Shown here one piece after another: positions 17,208 through 29,029 of a DNA stretch of 44,839 nucleotides; position 1 is the stretch's first letter; every line of letters starts with the position of its first letter. The DNA is taken from sequence record SRR22947725_398. One strand, given 5' to 3'. A program made the translations under genes and the position numbers. The notes beneath the pieces are model-generated. The model did no database searches. It was not told the origin of the DNA and saw only the letters and a program-made list of their open reading frames with translations.

Positions 17208-20200
17208 ACACCCCGCTTAATCAATGGGATCTAATATGGACCGGGGAATGGGAGTTATGGCAAGGGGTACTTGTGGCACTCGTGTTTTCATTTCTTGCTT
17301 GGTTTTTATACCGGGGTGAGCTCGCACGGAGTACAACAAGTAAGCTTAGGTTTATCCTTCCGACCCTACGAATCGGTGCGATCTTTCTCGTTATCATAAC
17401 CTTTGCCGGTCCGGTCCTTCGTACTACATGGGAAGACGGGCAACGGGGTCGTATCCTTGTGTTTTTAGATTCTTCAGAAAGTATGGCTCTTACCGATGAA
17501 CATATGGATGCAGGTCGAAAACTAGTTCTTGCCGAGCAGCATGGGTTTCTTCCCAAAGATCAGAACCTTGCCAACTTCAGTCTTCATGAATCCTCCGTAC
17601 TTCTTCGAAAAGCGAGTGATCAGATAATGAAAGAAATTTCTTCGGCAAAACAAAACTTCCAAAATCTCGAAAAAAATATTCGAAAGAATATCCGGGAGGC
17701 CCATTCCCTGTTGTCAAAAAAGAATCAATTTAAACCCGTGGTAAAAGAAAAAGAGGGAGTACTTTTGGAAGAAATTTGGGAGGATGTAAAGGGAAGTGAT
17801 CTTGCCTCCATCTCCGGAAGTAAAAAATTTAAATCTCAAAAGCCCGACCAAAGTTCTTATCTCACTTCTGCAAGCAGCAAAGAGGGAATCGGGGATAATT
17901 ATATCAGACGATTACACGGATATCTACATCCTCCCATTTCTGGAGATTATATATTTTGGATATATTCAGATGATTATTCCAGTCTTCGTATCAATTCGAA
18001 TGGAATGAATCCACAGGGAGCAAAAGAAATTCTCAATGTTACCCAGGCGATGAGTAAAACATGGGATTCGAACCGAAAGAGCTCTAAAATAAAACTGACC
18101 GCTGGCCAAAAATACCACTTTGAAATTATTCATAAAGAAGGAAACGGGGGAGATTTTGTTGCCGTTGGGTGGACCCTGCCCGATGGGAAAATGGAACGCC
18201 CCATCCCTGGTATCCGTTTTTCTGCCCCCTCCAATGAAAAAAATCCGTCTTTTTCAAACTGGATAGGTGGTATGAAAAAGGAAATGGACCCCCTTTTGAA
18301 TTCAATCAAACATTCGGATGCCAATAATTCTGACCTTTGGAAAAAACTCGCTGGTTCTTTGCTTAAGTATTCAGTCCAGTTAGAGGAATCCTTCAATGCT
18401 TATGCCGAAGAAATCCTAACAAGTGGAAATGAAAGTATATTGAGTGCGATGAATTCTTTTGAGGACTCCAATCGATGGAATCGTGCCACTCGAATTTTGA
18501 CCAAGAAGAACAAGGGCTTACTTGCCAATCTTTCTGAGACTCACCTTCTTGAAGTACGGACTATTTCCGGTAATAGCACCAGCTTGCTCTGGGAAAATGA
18601 ATCATCCCCTAACCTTCCGACCTTTGAGATTGAACCGGTTGATTCAAGCACAGATCTCGCAACCGGAATTTGGTCGACCATAAAAGTGGGGGAAGATCAA
18701 TCAAACTCCACCAAAAACACCCGGGCCGCGGCGGTTCTTTTTAGCGATGGTGGTCATAATCGAGGTGGTTCTCCACTTGAGATTTCTAAATTACTCGCTG
18801 CACGAAATCTTCCTATCCATACCGTGGGCTTGGGTAGTAATCAAAGACCACCGGATCTAGCAGTTCTTTCAATTCAAAATCCATCAAGTGTTTTTAAGGA
18901 GGACCGGGTGCGGGGAACAATTACCTTGAAAGATGATTTGATTCCTGGAACACCCTTTCATTTGCTGATTAAAGATTCTGATAATTCAATTGTTTGGGAT
19001 CAAAACCTAAGTGGTTTAGATGTACGCAGAAGAGAAGTTGAATTTGATTTCCCTGCCATAGAACTGGTCGAGAAAAAACAAGCCTTATTGGGTGAAAACA
19101 AAGAATTAATTCTTCATTCCGTTCCCCTCCGGTTAAAAGTTGAAGTTGAACCGATTGAAGGAGAAAGCGAATTAGCCAATAATGTCATTCCGTTCTCTGT
19201 GGATGCGGTGACCAGAAAAAATCGGCTCCTTATTTTGGATGGCAGGCCCCGTTGGGAAACTCGATATTTAAAAAATTTATTTGAACGGGATGAAAGATGG
19301 GATGTTACCTGTGTATGGGGTGGTATTGGTTCCAGCAATGACATACTAGCCAGGGGTAAAGAAGGTGATGTTTTCCCCGATGAAAAAAATATTCTCTTTA
19401 GCTACGACCTGATCGTATACGGAGAATTGGAAGCCAATGAACTCAAAACAAAGGAACAGGAGTGGATTCGTGATTTTGTGGGCCAACGCGGTGGCGGTTT
19501 ACTCTTTTTAGATGGACCACGACAAATACTAAGAAAATATTCAAACGCTGAAACGGAACCTGTGCTCGGCTTACTACCGGTTCGATGGAAAAAGAACAGT
19601 CCACCTAGGGTGGCCCCACGGGCTTTTTCTTTCAACCAACAAACCAATCAATTACCCGCTCTCATCTTAGAACCTATTTCGCAAAGAAACCGTGAACTAT
19701 GGAAATATTTGCCCGTTCCAGCATGGGCTGCTCCAGTGGAAATTCTTCCCAATGCAGAAATTTTTCTGCAAGCCCAACTAGATGAAACTGGAAAAAACCT
19801 GACTCCACTCCTTTCCGGCCATCGCTTTGGTGCAGGGAAGGCCCTGTATGCAGGCTTTGATGAAACATGGAAATGGCGGTTTGAAGTGGGGGATAAATAT
19901 CACCAAAGATATTGGAATCAGTTAATCTCGTGGATTATGGAAAAACCATTTGCGGTGAGCGATTCTCGAATTTCTCTTGATGTGGGAGGAAATACATTTT
20001 CTTCCGGAGAAAAAGCGGTCATACGGGCTCGACTACGAGATGAAAATGGAAAGCCAGCCCAAGAACCTTACCCGGAAGTCGATGCGCTTCTATGGAACGG
20101 AACAAAAGTAATTGCAACAATCCCATTACAAGCTGAGGCAGGAGGATTATTCCTTGGTGAAACACCACAACTTGGCCAAGGAAATTACCGTGTCTCTCTT

Positions 20201-20512
20201 CGATCTCCGGAATTCTTAAATGAAAGCGATTCGGAAGTTGAGGCTCGTTTTTTAGTCAAACCGATCATGAACAGTGAAAAGAGTTATCTCACCTGTAATG
20301 TTGAACTCTTAAAACAAATGGCTGATTTATCAGGAGGTACATTTTTACTGGAGGAACAAGCCGGGCAACTTAATAAAATTCTCAAACCAGTCAGCTCAGG
20401 TAGAATGATCACATCCGAGCTCGTACTTTGGCAAAGTTACTGGTGGTTTGCTCCAATATTTTTTCTACTCGCAATCGAATTACTTCTCCGTAAACGAGCC
20501 GGAATGCTTTAA
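17204..20512 (+). CDS. vWA membrane protein with an inserted PA14 domain and a C-terminal GATase-like domain
   Basis: N-terminal TMs, DSSESM MIDAS, PA14 (GYLHPPISGDYIFWIYSDD...HKEGNGGD), TDL and FSDGGHN vWA motifs, GRPRWETRYL, ETWKWR, terminal LRKRAGML. Confidence 0.85.
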   Translation: MNTPLNQWDLIWTGEWELWQGVLVALVFSFLAWFLYRGELARSTTSKLRFILPTLRIGAIFLVIITFAGPVLRTTWEDGQRGRILVFLDSSESMALTDEHMDAGRKLVLAEQHGFLPKDQNLANFSLHESSVLLRKASDQIMKEISSAKQNFQNLEKNIRKNIREAHSLLSKKNQFKPVVKEKEGVLLEEIWEDVKGSDLASISGSKKFKSQKPDQSSYLTSASSKEGIGDNYIRRLHGYLHPPISGDYIFWIYSDDYSSLRINSNGMNPQGAKEILNVTQAMSKTWDSNRKSSKIKLTAGQKYHFEIIHKEGNGGDFVAVGWTLPDGKMERPIPGIRFSAPSNEKNPSFSNWIGGMKKEMDPLLNSIKHSDANNSDLWKKLAGSLLKYSVQLEESFNAYAEEILTSGNESILSAMNSFEDSNRWNRATRILTKKNKGLLANLSETHLLEVRTISGNSTSLLWENESSPNLPTFEIEPVDSSTDLATGIWSTIKVGEDQSNSTKNTRAAAVLFSDGGHNRGGSPLEISKLLAARNLPIHTVGLGSNQRPPDLAVLSIQNPSSVFKEDRVRGTITLKDDLIPGTPFHLLIKDSDNSIVWDQNLSGLDVRRREVEFDFPAIELVEKKQALLGENKELILHSVPLRLKVEVEPIEGESELANNVIPFSVDAVTRKNRLLILDGRPRWETRYLKNLFERDERWDVTCVWGGIGSSNDILARGKEGDVFPDEKNILFSYDLIVYGELEANELKTKEQEWIRDFVGQRGGGLLFLDGPRQILRKYSNAETEPVLGLLPVRWKKNSPPRVAPRAFSFNQQTNQLPALILEPISQRNRELWKYLPVPAWAAPVEILPNAEIFLQAQLDETGKNLTPLLSGHRFGAGKALYAGFDETWKWRFEVGDKYHQRYWNQLISWIMEKPFAVSDSRISLDVGGNTFSSGEKAVIRARLRDENGKPAQEPYPEVDALLWNGTKVIATIPLQAEAGGLFLGETPQLGQGNYRVSLRSPEFLNESDSEVEARFLVKPIMNSEKSYLTCNVELLKQMADLSGGTFLLEEQAGQLNKILKPVSSGRMITSELVLWQSYWWFAPIFFLLAIELLLRKRAGML

Positions 20513-20536
20513 ATTTACCCATCCAGAATTAATCTC

Positions 20537-23500
20537 ATGAATGTAAACACAGATCCCGTCATTCTTAAAAAATTAGAAGACTTTCGAGTCCGCCGCAGAA
20601 ATTTAATTCTTCTTCGGGGAATTTGTACTGGATTTGTCACATTGATCCTTACTTTCACCACCATTGCACTGATTGATTTTGCCACTCAGGCACGAATGCC
20701 AGACGATCTCCGTACGGGTTTATCTATTTTGGGATATGCTTTTGTAATATGGGCAGTATGGAAAACTTCGGCCCGAATGCTCGTTCATTTACCAAGCCAT
20801 CGGGAATTGGCACGTTTGCTTGAGCAAATTAAGCCCGAAATGAAACAGGATATTCTATCAGCTGTTGAACTCGGCTCACAGGGGGGGGAGATCAATGACT
20901 CATTGATCTTTCGTAAATTGGTTCAGGAAAAAGTATCTGGACAGGTTCATGAATTGGATATTATCAGCCTCCTTCCATTTACGATGGTTAAAAGATGGAT
21001 TCAAGCATCCCTCGTTCTACTTCTCTTTAGTTTTGGACTTTTTTCATACACAGACTTTGGTCCTAAGCTTCAAAGATTGATGGGGCGTGCATTACTTCCC
21101 GGAGCAAATATCGCCCCGGTTACCAATGTGGAGGTCACCCTCTTGATCCCTGATGAAAATACCACCATCACTCCTAAAAACGAACCTCTTCGTTTTCTAG
21201 CACTGGTAAATGGTAAGGAGGGAGACGAAACCTACGGGCAGGTCGAACTTCAGATCAAAGAAAAGAGAAAGGTAATACGGGTTTCTATGTTCTCTCGTAC
21301 CACAGAACGATTTGCACTGGACTACAATGTGGGGAGTAATCCTTTTGATTACCGGGTCTGGGTAGATAGTTCACCCCGAACTGCATGGCGAACCATGGAG
21401 GTTGCCTCGCGACCCTATATTATTGGGTTCACTAAAACCTATCATTTCCCCCAATATACCGAACTCCCACCCCAAGTTGTAGAAGAAGATAAAGGACATC
21501 TTTCTGCCTGGGAGGATACCCGTGTCGAATTAAAACTTCACTTGAGCCAAGCCGTTTCTTCGGGTTCCCTGTTTTTGGATTGGACAGGAAAGAAACCCGG
21601 AACTTTATCGCTTTCTCCCAGCGAGGGTGGAAGATCATTAGGAGGAACTATTATGCTCAAACAATCAGGTACCTACCGTGCACTTGATTTAATTGACCAA
21701 AAGATTGGATGGAAAGGAAAACCCTCACCACGCTACGAAATTAATGTAAAAGTGGATGTTGCGCCTTCTATATCCTGGTTGGCAAAGCAGAAAGATAATT
21801 TATTACTCGCTCCAGAAGATATCCTTAGCCTGGAAGGATGGGCAACGGATGATCTTGGTCTTAATCGTATAGAGTTTCATTATCGAAACAATCAAGGGAA
21901 GTGGAAAAAATTCTTACTTCCGGGTGATCGTAATGCCAAAGGGAAAAATAAATTTCCGATTAGTTTTGATATTGATCTACTCACTTTAAAACCAAAACCG
22001 GGAGACCAAGCGTTGATCAAATTAGTCGCATATGATCTCAAAGGCAGCATGTCAGAAACCGACCCGATTAACCTGTCCTTTGTCTCTCGAAATTTTGACC
22101 TTTCTCATATTAATATCCTTGAGCAAAAAAATCAGGTAATGGAAGCCTGGGAAGAAGTAGCGAATAAAAACCGGGCTTCAGCCAAGGAGTTCCAACAGAT
22201 CAGCAAAGGGAAAAATTATCAGGAAGGTATGCTTGAATCGGATTTAGAAAGCTTGGAGAAAATGAATGATGATCTCAGAGAATTGGAACACTTCGCTTAT
22301 GGAAAAAATTTACAAGTTCTAACGACTATGCCCAGAGGAACCGATGCACAGGAAATTGCAATGCTATCACAATCAATGGGCAAACTCGCGAAGACCTCCA
22401 GGTCTCAAAATCAAATCATCATAGAGCAACTTGAAAACATACAAAACGATCCCAAGGAAATAAAAAAATGGATGAATAAGTTGGGACAAAATGTTCAAAA
22501 AAATGCGATCGGATTTAGTGGGAATTTACGAAATGTTGCCCGTAATTTACTAGACCAACATATTCTTACAGTGGCCACCTCCTATCTTGCACAACTCTCT
22601 AAACAACAAAAGGAACTCAGTAAAATGGCGAAAGAAGATCATTCATCCCCTTTTTTAGTAAGAAGGCAGGAGATCGCACTTCACCAATGGGAAGCAATAT
22701 CCAAGGTCTTTACTTACGAAAGGCGGGGTATTCCTCATGCCATTAAAAACTCCAGTCGTGAGCAAGGAAAGTTATTAGACACAATGGAAAATATTTCTGC
22801 TACTAAAAATGAATTTGCTCAACAGGTTGAAAAATGGAGCAGGATGGTTGAACAATTTTATAAAGAAACGGAAAGAAACCTTTCCAACCAAGTAAATCAC
22901 AACTTTGCACAGGATCGAAAAAATTTATTTTTTAATTTAGGATACACATGGGGTAATCTTAAAAAACTTGCTACGGACTGGAAAACCCTGGAACAAAACG
23001 CGGAAATTGAAAAATTATTGAGCGATCAATTTAATCGAGAAATTTTATTAAATATTGATGAGCTAAGCATGCGCTCGGAAGTTGAACATTCAAGAAAAGA
23101 TCCAAATTCCGGCTTTGTTAAAGATGCCGGTCAAGCCTCCAGAGCCCTTTTCGAGCTTAAACAAAAATTGAATAACCCGTCAGTGGAAAGACCTGAACAG
23201 GTAGAAAACCTATCCGATATTTGCCTATTAATTTCAGATTCTTTTCGGGTGCTTGAAATGTATCAAATTGTTCTTCAATCAGCCAAACAGGCAGTGTATT
23301 TCACCAACTTAGAAAAAAGATCCATTCAGGGGACAAAAGCGAAAGGAGAAAGAGCCAGGCAATGGGCAATGGCAGTATCTTTTTGGGAACCCACTTCCAA
23401 TTTTCTGAGAGAGGCAAATCTACCGAGAGAAGCGGTCGATATTCTTAGGGCGCTCAATACGAAATCATTTGTAAAAGAAATCTCAAAGGAAATGAAAAAC

Positions 23501-26500
23501 CGAGTTAGTCGACCAGATAATCAATTCTCGGTAATGGATAAACAGGGGGAGGAAATAATTGCAGAATTGGAAAAAGTTCTCCTTCTCTTAAAACCCGAGG
23601 CTACAAAGGCGAGAAAAACAATAAATGAACTTGCACCCACCTTGGCCGAACTTGCCAGGGCATTATCAAAACAAACGCGAACCAGGCAAAAAGAAGCGGA
23701 AGAAATCAAGAATAAGAAGGATCAGGAATTAGCAGAAAACAGGAAAGAATCGATTTCTTTACAAGATAAACAACGAGTCCTCAATCAGGATATAGACTCA
23801 TTTACCATTGCCTTAAGACAGGAAGCTGGGGTTCAAAACTTAGTGGATAAAGAAGGCAGGGAAATTGCACGGGATACTGATGATGCAGCCGCACTCGTAC
23901 AGACCAGAAAAAAATCAGTCCAGGAAAATCTGTCCGATGCCCTTCAGGCAAACACAATTGCGGATCAGAATGAAGCACTGGAATCAACCATCGAAACCCA
24001 ACAGAAATTAGCCGAGACTCTCGATTTAATCGCAGACCATTTTGAAAAGGTTAATCGAAAGAAAGATACTTCCGAAACAAGAGAAGAACTAAGAAAAGTA
24101 GAAGAAGAAATTGGGATTAAAGAAGAAATTGAAAAACAATTTGCCCAGGCCGAAAAACTCGGCGAACTCGCAAAACTTCCCCCAGAAGCGCTACTTGCCG
24201 AACTTGAGAAGGAATTGAAAAAAAATCAACCGATGAAGGAAGAACTTTCTGATATATCAAAAGAAACCATTGAAGAAGCAATTGAAGATCTCGAGGAAGC
24301 AAAAAAAGAAGAAATGGAATTGGCTAAAAAACTTGAATCTAGTGATCCCGAACTGGCTAAGAAAAAGAACGAACTTGCTAAGAAACTCGAACAAATTGCA
24401 AAAGAATCCGAAAATCTAGCTAAAAATCAAGTGAAGCAAGCAGTGGAAAAAAGTGATGACCTACTACCTGATAATACTTTAGAAAAAATGAAACAGGCCA
24501 AAGAAAATGTAGAAGAAGTTGCGAAGCAAACAAAGGATACAGCAAAGCCTGCAAATACAGCACAAGCATTGAAAAACGATGCCAAGGAATTGGCTCATGC
24601 TCTAAACAAAGCTCAGGATGTTCTTAATGACGCCAGTGAGAAAATTAATAATCTCGCCAACCTGACTCCGGAGGATGCGAAAAAAAGAGCTGAACAGGCA
24701 AAAGTAAAACGAGATGAAGCCCTTGAAACACTGGCTGAAAAAAAGGAGGTTGAAAAGGAACTGAATCAAAAAGCGGATAGGGCCAGAAAAGAAGCGGCAG
24801 AAGCAAAAGCGGTTGTCGAAAAAGCACAACAAGAAGAAGCCTTTAAAAAGAAAAATGCCCAGAAAACTGCCCAGGATGCTTCCCTCCAACCTGAAAATCA
24901 AGTGGCTCAAAAAGAGGCTAAAGAAGCTATTCTTCAAGCACAAAAAGCCGAAGATGATAAACAGAAAAAAGAAGAACTGGCTAAGAGGGCAATAGAACAA
25001 GCCGAACAGATTAATGAAGAATTAGCGTTGGCAAACCAGGAAACGGAAGCTCAAAAAGAGGAGACTGAACAAAGACGGGATTTTGCAAATTTAACCGAAA
25101 AACAAGCCAAGGAATTCGAAAATCCGGACACGCAAAAAAAAGCACAATCCAATGCCAAACAGGCAGCTCAAAAAAATGAGGAAGCTAAGGATAAAGCCAA
25201 AGAATTAGAAAAACAAGCCCTCGAGGTAGCAAAGCAATTGGAAGAATTAGATAAAGCAAGTAAACCTGCACAGGAAGAAATGGTAAAGGGACTGGAACAG
25301 CAGAAAGAGATTGCCGAACAAGTTTTTGAAGCTGCGGATGAATTAGCCCGGACCGCAAGGCATGAGGAAAGAATGGATAATGAACAGGTTGCTAAAGAAA
25401 TCGCGGATGTGGCCAAAAATTCTCTTGAGGTAGCCCAAGAAGCAATTCCAAAAACAGCACAGGCTTTACAAAATGAAGCTCTTTCAAATGAACTCAAAGA
25501 TCTTGCCACGGAAGCAAACGAGTTAGCATCCAAGACAGATGATAGAAAACTGAGTGATCCACTAAAGCAGGCAGCGGAAGAAACTTTAACATCACTTGAT
25601 GGGAATCAAGGACTTGATCAAATCAAGGATGCAGCCAAAGAATTTGCACAGCAGGCACAACAGGCAGCGGAAGAATTTGCACAAGCAGAAGAGAAAACGG
25701 CTCAAACTAATGAAGAAATGAAGAAGAAATCTGAAAAAAAAGAGGAACAGGCCAAAGCCGCAAATCAATTGGCACAGGATGCAAACAAAGAAGCAAAATC
25801 ACTGAAAAAAGAGGCTCAAGATTTGGCGAGTCTTGCCAAGGAAGCACAGGGAGAATCAGAAAATGCCGCGGCGAAGAGTAGCCAGGAACCAAATAATCCT
25901 GAGACCACGGAAGCCTCTAAGCTTGCTCAGGATGCTGCGAAAGCCGCTCAGGAAAATGCAGATAAAGCGAATGCTCAAGCACTTGAGGCTATGAAAACAC
26001 AACAGAGTCTTGCCAAGAAAGCCGAGCAGTCCAGCCAAGAGGCAAAGGACGCAAAGAATAGAGCGAACGAAACCAAAAAAATGGCTAAAAGAATTTCCCA
26101 ACAAGCCCAGGAAGCGGAAGAACTCGGTGACTCCGCACAAGAATTCTATGAGAATTTACCCGACAGTCCGGTTTTTTCTGACTTAGTTCAGGATAATGAC
26201 CCCCTACCCTCGCCAAGCGAGGCGTTGGCTAATACTACGGATCAACTCGATGAACAAATCGATTCGCTGTCACGTTTAAATTCGGAAGAAGCCGAAAATT
26301 CACAAACAAATACCCAAGCAGACATACCATCAATGGAATCTGAACTTGCTTCTAATAATGACACGCAGGCTAGCCCCTCAGCTACTCAACCAACGACTAA
26401 CAAAAATAGTGAGGATACTGCGACTACCCTTCCCACGAGCTTCCCTGATGGATCAGCAAGCCAAAATGAACCTTCGGATGTTGCCTTGGATTCTCCTGAA

Positions 26501-27073
26501 GTAGCACAGGCTCTGGCTCAAACCTTGGACTTTTTAGATCAGGCCTTAAATCCGTCAAGTAATCCATTTACCACTGAGGGACTTAATGGTAAAGAGGATC
26601 AAGCAGGCGAACAGAATACACCCGCTGAAATAGCAGGTAACGAAAATACCGAACCTGGAGAAGCGGGTAAACCTAAACCAGGGCACGGACACGGGGCTGG
26701 CGGTCACTACTCGGGTAATGGAGCACTTACCAATGCAAGCGCACAGGCGATGATTGCCGCTGCAAGAGCATTAGCAGAAGCTTCGCAAACCCAGTCACAG
26801 GCAATGGCTCAGGCTCGATCTCCCATACAAAACACTTTTAATGGAACCAATTCATTAGAGTCCAATGATCAATCCTATAGGGAAGAACCGGAACTGACTT
26901 TTCAGGAAATCCCAGAATTGGATAAAGAAGAGTTTGAAGAATGGGGAAAACTGCCTCCAAAACTGGCAAAAGATTTAATGGAGTCCCGGAGGGAAAATGT
27001 ATCAGGTGATTATCGCAATCGAGTGGAAGCGTATTTTCGGGCAATGGCAAGTAAGGCCCGAAAAATTAAATGA
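20537..27073 (+). CDS. Giant membrane-anchored Ig-like plus coiled-coil protein (DUF4175-like)
   Basis: Three N-terminal TMs, beta-rich domains with ATDDLGL, a long A/E/K/Q-rich helical region, and C-terminal WGKLPPKL...[13 protein letters not shown]. Confidence 0.75.
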   Translation: MNVNTDPVILKKLEDFRVRRRNLILLRGICTGFVTLILTFTTIALIDFATQARMPDDLRTGLSILGYAFVIWAVWKTSARMLVHLPSHRELARLLEQIKPEMKQDILSAVELGSQGGEINDSLIFRKLVQEKVSGQVHELDIISLLPFTMVKRWIQASLVLLLFSFGLFSYTDFGPKLQRLMGRALLPGANIAPVTNVEVTLLIPDENTTITPKNEPLRFLALVNGKEGDETYGQVELQIKEKRKVIRVSMFSRTTERFALDYNVGSNPFDYRVWVDSSPRTAWRTMEVASRPYIIGFTKTYHFPQYTELPPQVVEEDKGHLSAWEDTRVELKLHLSQAVSSGSLFLDWTGKKPGTLSLSPSEGGRSLGGTIMLKQSGTYRALDLIDQKIGWKGKPSPRYEINVKVDVAPSISWLAKQKDNLLLAPEDILSLEGWATDDLGLNRIEFHYRNNQGKWKKFLLPGDRNAKGKNKFPISFDIDLLTLKPKPGDQALIKLVAYDLKGSMSETDPINLSFVSRNFDLSHINILEQKNQVMEAWEEVANKNRASAKEFQQISKGKNYQEGMLESDLESLEKMNDDLRELEHFAYGKNLQVLTTMPRGTDAQEIAMLSQSMGKLAKTSRSQNQIIIEQLENIQNDPKEIKKWMNKLGQNVQKNAIGFSGNLRNVARNLLDQHILTVATSYLAQLSKQQKELSKMAKEDHSSPFLVRRQEIALHQWEAISKVFTYERRGIPHAIKNSSREQGKLLDTMENISATKNEFAQQVEKWSRMVEQFYKETERNLSNQVNHNFAQDRKNLFFNLGYTWGNLKKLATDWKTLEQNAEIEKLLSDQFNREILLNIDELSMRSEVEHSRKDPNSGFVKDAGQASRALFELKQKLNNPSVERPEQVENLSDICLLISDSFRVLEMYQIVLQSAKQAVYFTNLEKRSIQGTKAKGERARQWAMAVSFWEPTSNFLREANLPREAVDILRALNTKSFVKEISKEMKNRVSRPDNQFSVMDKQGEEIIAELEKVLLLLKPEATKARKTINELAPTLAELARALSKQTRTRQKEAEEIKNKKDQELAENRKESISLQDKQRVLNQDIDSFTIALRQEAGVQNLVDKEGREIARDTDDAAALVQTRKKSVQENLSDALQANTIADQNEALESTIETQQKLAETLDLIADHFEKVNRKKDTSETREELRKVEEEIGIKEEIEKQFAQAEKLGELAKLPPEALLAELEKELKKNQPMKEELSDISKETIEEAIEDLEEAKKEEMELAKKLESSDPELAKKKNELAKKLEQIAKESENLAKNQVKQAVEKSDDLLPDNTLEKMKQAKENVEEVAKQTKDTAKPANTAQALKNDAKELAHALNKAQDVLNDASEKINNLANLTPEDAKKRAEQAKVKRDEALETLAEKKEVEKELNQKADRARKEAAEAKAVVEKAQQEEAFKKKNAQKTAQDASLQPENQVAQKEAKEAILQAQKAEDDKQKKEELAKRAIEQAEQINEELALANQETEAQKEETEQRRDFANLTEKQAKEFENPDTQKKAQSNAKQAAQKNEEAKDKAKELEKQALEVAKQLEELDKASKPAQEEMVKGLEQQKEIAEQVFEAADELARTARHEERMDNEQVAKEIADVAKNSLEVAQEAIPKTAQALQNEALSNELKDLATEANELASKTDDRKLSDPLKQAAEETLTSLDGNQGLDQIKDAAKEFAQQAQQAAEEFAQAEEKTAQTNEEMKKKSEKKEEQAKAANQLAQDANKEAKSLKKEAQDLASLAKEAQGESENAAAKSSQEPNNPETTEASKLAQDAAKAAQENADKANAQALEAMKTQQSLAKKAEQSSQEAKDAKNRANETKKMAKRISQQAQEAEELGDSAQEFYENLPDSPVFSDLVQDNDPLPSPSEALANTTDQLDEQIDSLSRLNSEEAENSQTNTQADIPSMESELASNNDTQASPSATQPTTNKNSEDTATTLPTSFPDGSASQNEPSDVALDSPEVAQALAQTLDFLDQALNPSSNPFTTEGLNGKEDQAGEQNTPAEIAGNENTEPGEAGKPKPGHGHGAGGHYSGNGALTNASAQAMIAAARALAEASQTQSQAMAQARSPIQNTFNGTNSLESNDQSYREEPELTFQEIPELDKEEFEEWGKLPPKLAKDLMESRRENVSGDYRNRVEAYFRAMASKARKIK

Positions 27074-28197
27074 TGATGATCAAAAAGAAACTTTTTTTTA
27101 TTCATAAAATGCAAACCGTATTTTATTTTCTTCTTTCTATTTGCTGCATACCCCTGACATATTCCGAGGATTCGGAGCAGGATGACAATACGGTTTGGGA
27201 AAACCCTTTTAAAAAAGATAAAGTGGATCGGGCGATTGAAAAAGGAATCCAGTTCCTTTTAAAAAAACAACAGGACGATGGATCTATAAATGATAAAGGG
27301 AAAAAAACGGCTATGACCGCTCTCTCGCTTATGTCAATGGCTTCAGTGGGACATCAACCGATACACCCAAATGAGTTTGGAAGGGCCATGCAAAATGCCC
27401 TCGATTTTATTTTACTGGATGAAAATCAGGATGACCGGGGATATTTTGGAAGCAAAGATGGAGGTAGGATGTACGGCCATGGTATCGTAACCCTCATGCT
27501 TTCAGAAATGCTCGGGATGGGCATGAATAAAGAAACCGACAAAAAGATTCGTGATCAATGCCAGGAAGCAATTAATTTAATCTTAAAAGCCCAGAAGGTA
27601 AAAAAGAATCCGGCACAACAAGGAGGTTGGAGGTACAGTCCCGATGCGAGGGATGCTGACCTGTCCGTTTCTGTTTGGCAACTGATGGCTTTACGCTCTG
27701 CAAAAAACTCGGGTCTTGATGTACCCTCTTCTGCAATCTCCAATGCGGTTTCTTACCTTGAACGTTCGTATAAATCGAAATTGCTCAGCAATGGTGATCC
27801 TGCAGAAAAAAAATCCGGGTTCGCCTATCAGCCCGGTGGTGCAGCCGAGTACACTACTTCTGCCGCGGGTCTTCTTGCGATGCAAGTTTGTGGGGAATAT
27901 GAATCTCCTTTTGTTCATGGTGCCGCTAATTGGTTACTTGATCATAAACCTGAAAAAAGCAGAAAGTTTTTCTTTTATGGTACTTATTACTACGCACAGG
28001 GTATGTACCAGCGTGGAGGAGATCATGCCCATAAGGCGAGAGAACTGGTGGAAAATATTCTCTTGGAATTACAACGGGAGAATGGATCATGGATTGGAAG
28101 TGGCTCGGAAGCCGGTGCCGGTGAAGTTTATTCGACCACGCTCGCCATTCTTGCTTTAGCAGTTAAATACCACTACTTACCCATTTACCAAAGGTAA
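27070..28197 (+). CDS. Exported prenyltransferase/squalene-cyclase-repeat (alpha/alpha barrel) protein
   Basis: QW-like repeats QQDDGSI, QDDRGYF, QQGGWRY, QRENGSW; MYGHG; C-terminal YLPIYQR; hydrophobic N-terminus. Start uncertain (27070-27109). Confidence 0.8.
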   Translation: MMMIKKKLFFIHKMQTVFYFLLSICCIPLTYSEDSEQDDNTVWENPFKKDKVDRAIEKGIQFLLKKQQDDGSINDKGKKTAMTALSLMSMASVGHQPIHPNEFGRAMQNALDFILLDENQDDRGYFGSKDGGRMYGHGIVTLMLSEMLGMGMNKETDKKIRDQCQEAINLILKAQKVKKNPAQQGGWRYSPDARDADLSVSVWQLMALRSAKNSGLDVPSSAISNAVSYLERSYKSKLLSNGDPAEKKSGFAYQPGGAAEYTTSAAGLLAMQVCGEYESPFVHGAANWLLDHKPEKSRKFFFYGTYYYAQGMYQRGGDHAHKARELVENILLELQRENGSWIGSGSEAGAGEVYSTTLAILALAVKYHYLPIYQR

Positions 28198-28201
28198 TGG
28201 T

Positions 28202-29029
28202 TTACAATTTGTAAACCTCGACCGCATTTGTCCCTTCAATCTTAATCTGCTCATCCGTGGATAAAGTTGAAATAAAATTACGGCAAACCTCCACCCAGTT
28301 TTCATACTCGACCGCTAGGCGTGCAACCGGCCAATCCGAACCAAACATCATTCTATCCGGCCCAAAACAGTCCAAGGCCGTTTCCATATAAGGCTGCAGA
28401 TCAGTTACCGACCAGTTCTTCCAATTCGCTTCAGTCGCCATTCCAGATAATTTACAATATACATTTTCTCGTTTGGAAAGATCTTTCATCTGGGCTGACC
28501 AAGGCTCGAATAAAGCATCTTTGATTCTTGGTTTTGCCACATGGTCTAAAACAAAAACTAAATCGGGATGCTGGTCCACAAATTCGATCGATGCAGCAAG
28601 CTGTCTTTCAAAAATTAGAATGTCATAAACTAAGTTGAATTCCTTTAATAACGAGACACCCCGGTTAAAATCTGAACCCAGAATAAATCGATCGTCCGGC
28701 TCGTCCTGAACCACATGCCTTACCCCTTTGAGCCATCGATTAGAGGCATATTGTTCCAAAACAGAATCCACATTGGAATCGGCAAGGGGGAACCATCCCA
28801 CCACACCCTTAATGAAGTCATGATCTTCGGCATAAGATAAAAGTTGGTCCGTCTCTTTTAATGATTGAGACGCCTGGACCGACACAACGCCCTCAATCCC
28901 CACATTTTTGATTTGTTTAAATAAATCTTCCGGTCCGTAGTTTTGCTTGAGAATTCCCATTTGCTCGTTCATCCAGGAATATTCTACCGGATCGTATTGC
29001 CAAAAGTGATGGTGTGAATCTATTTTCAT
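28202..29029 (-). CDS. Amidohydrolase_2-family protein, L-fuconolactonase-like
   Basis: IDSHHHFW, KGVRH, VLDHVAKP, CKLSG, MFGSDWPV. Confidence 0.85.
   Translation of the reverse strand: MKIDSHHHFWQYDPVEYSWMNEQMGILKQNYGPEDLFKQIKNVGIEGVVSVQASQSLKETDQLLSYAEDHDFIKGVVGWFPLADSNVDSVLEQYASNRWLKGVRHVVQDEPDDRFILGSDFNRGVSLLKEFNLVYDILIFERQLAASIEFVDQHPDLVFVLDHVAKPRIKDALFEPWSAQMKDLSKRENVYCKLSGMATEANWKNWSVTDLQPYMETALDCFGPDRMMFGSDWPVARLAVEYENWVEVCRNFISTLSTDEQIKIEGTNAVEVYKL

Noticed and set aside
24100-26200. Repetitive A-rich DNA as a CRISPR or tandem-repeat array
   Set aside because: No fixed-length repeat/spacer structure; explained by A/E/K/Q coiled-coil codons.
27070-28197. Squalene-hopene cyclase (shc)
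   Set aside because: About half the expected length, no DXDD motif, and apparently exported.
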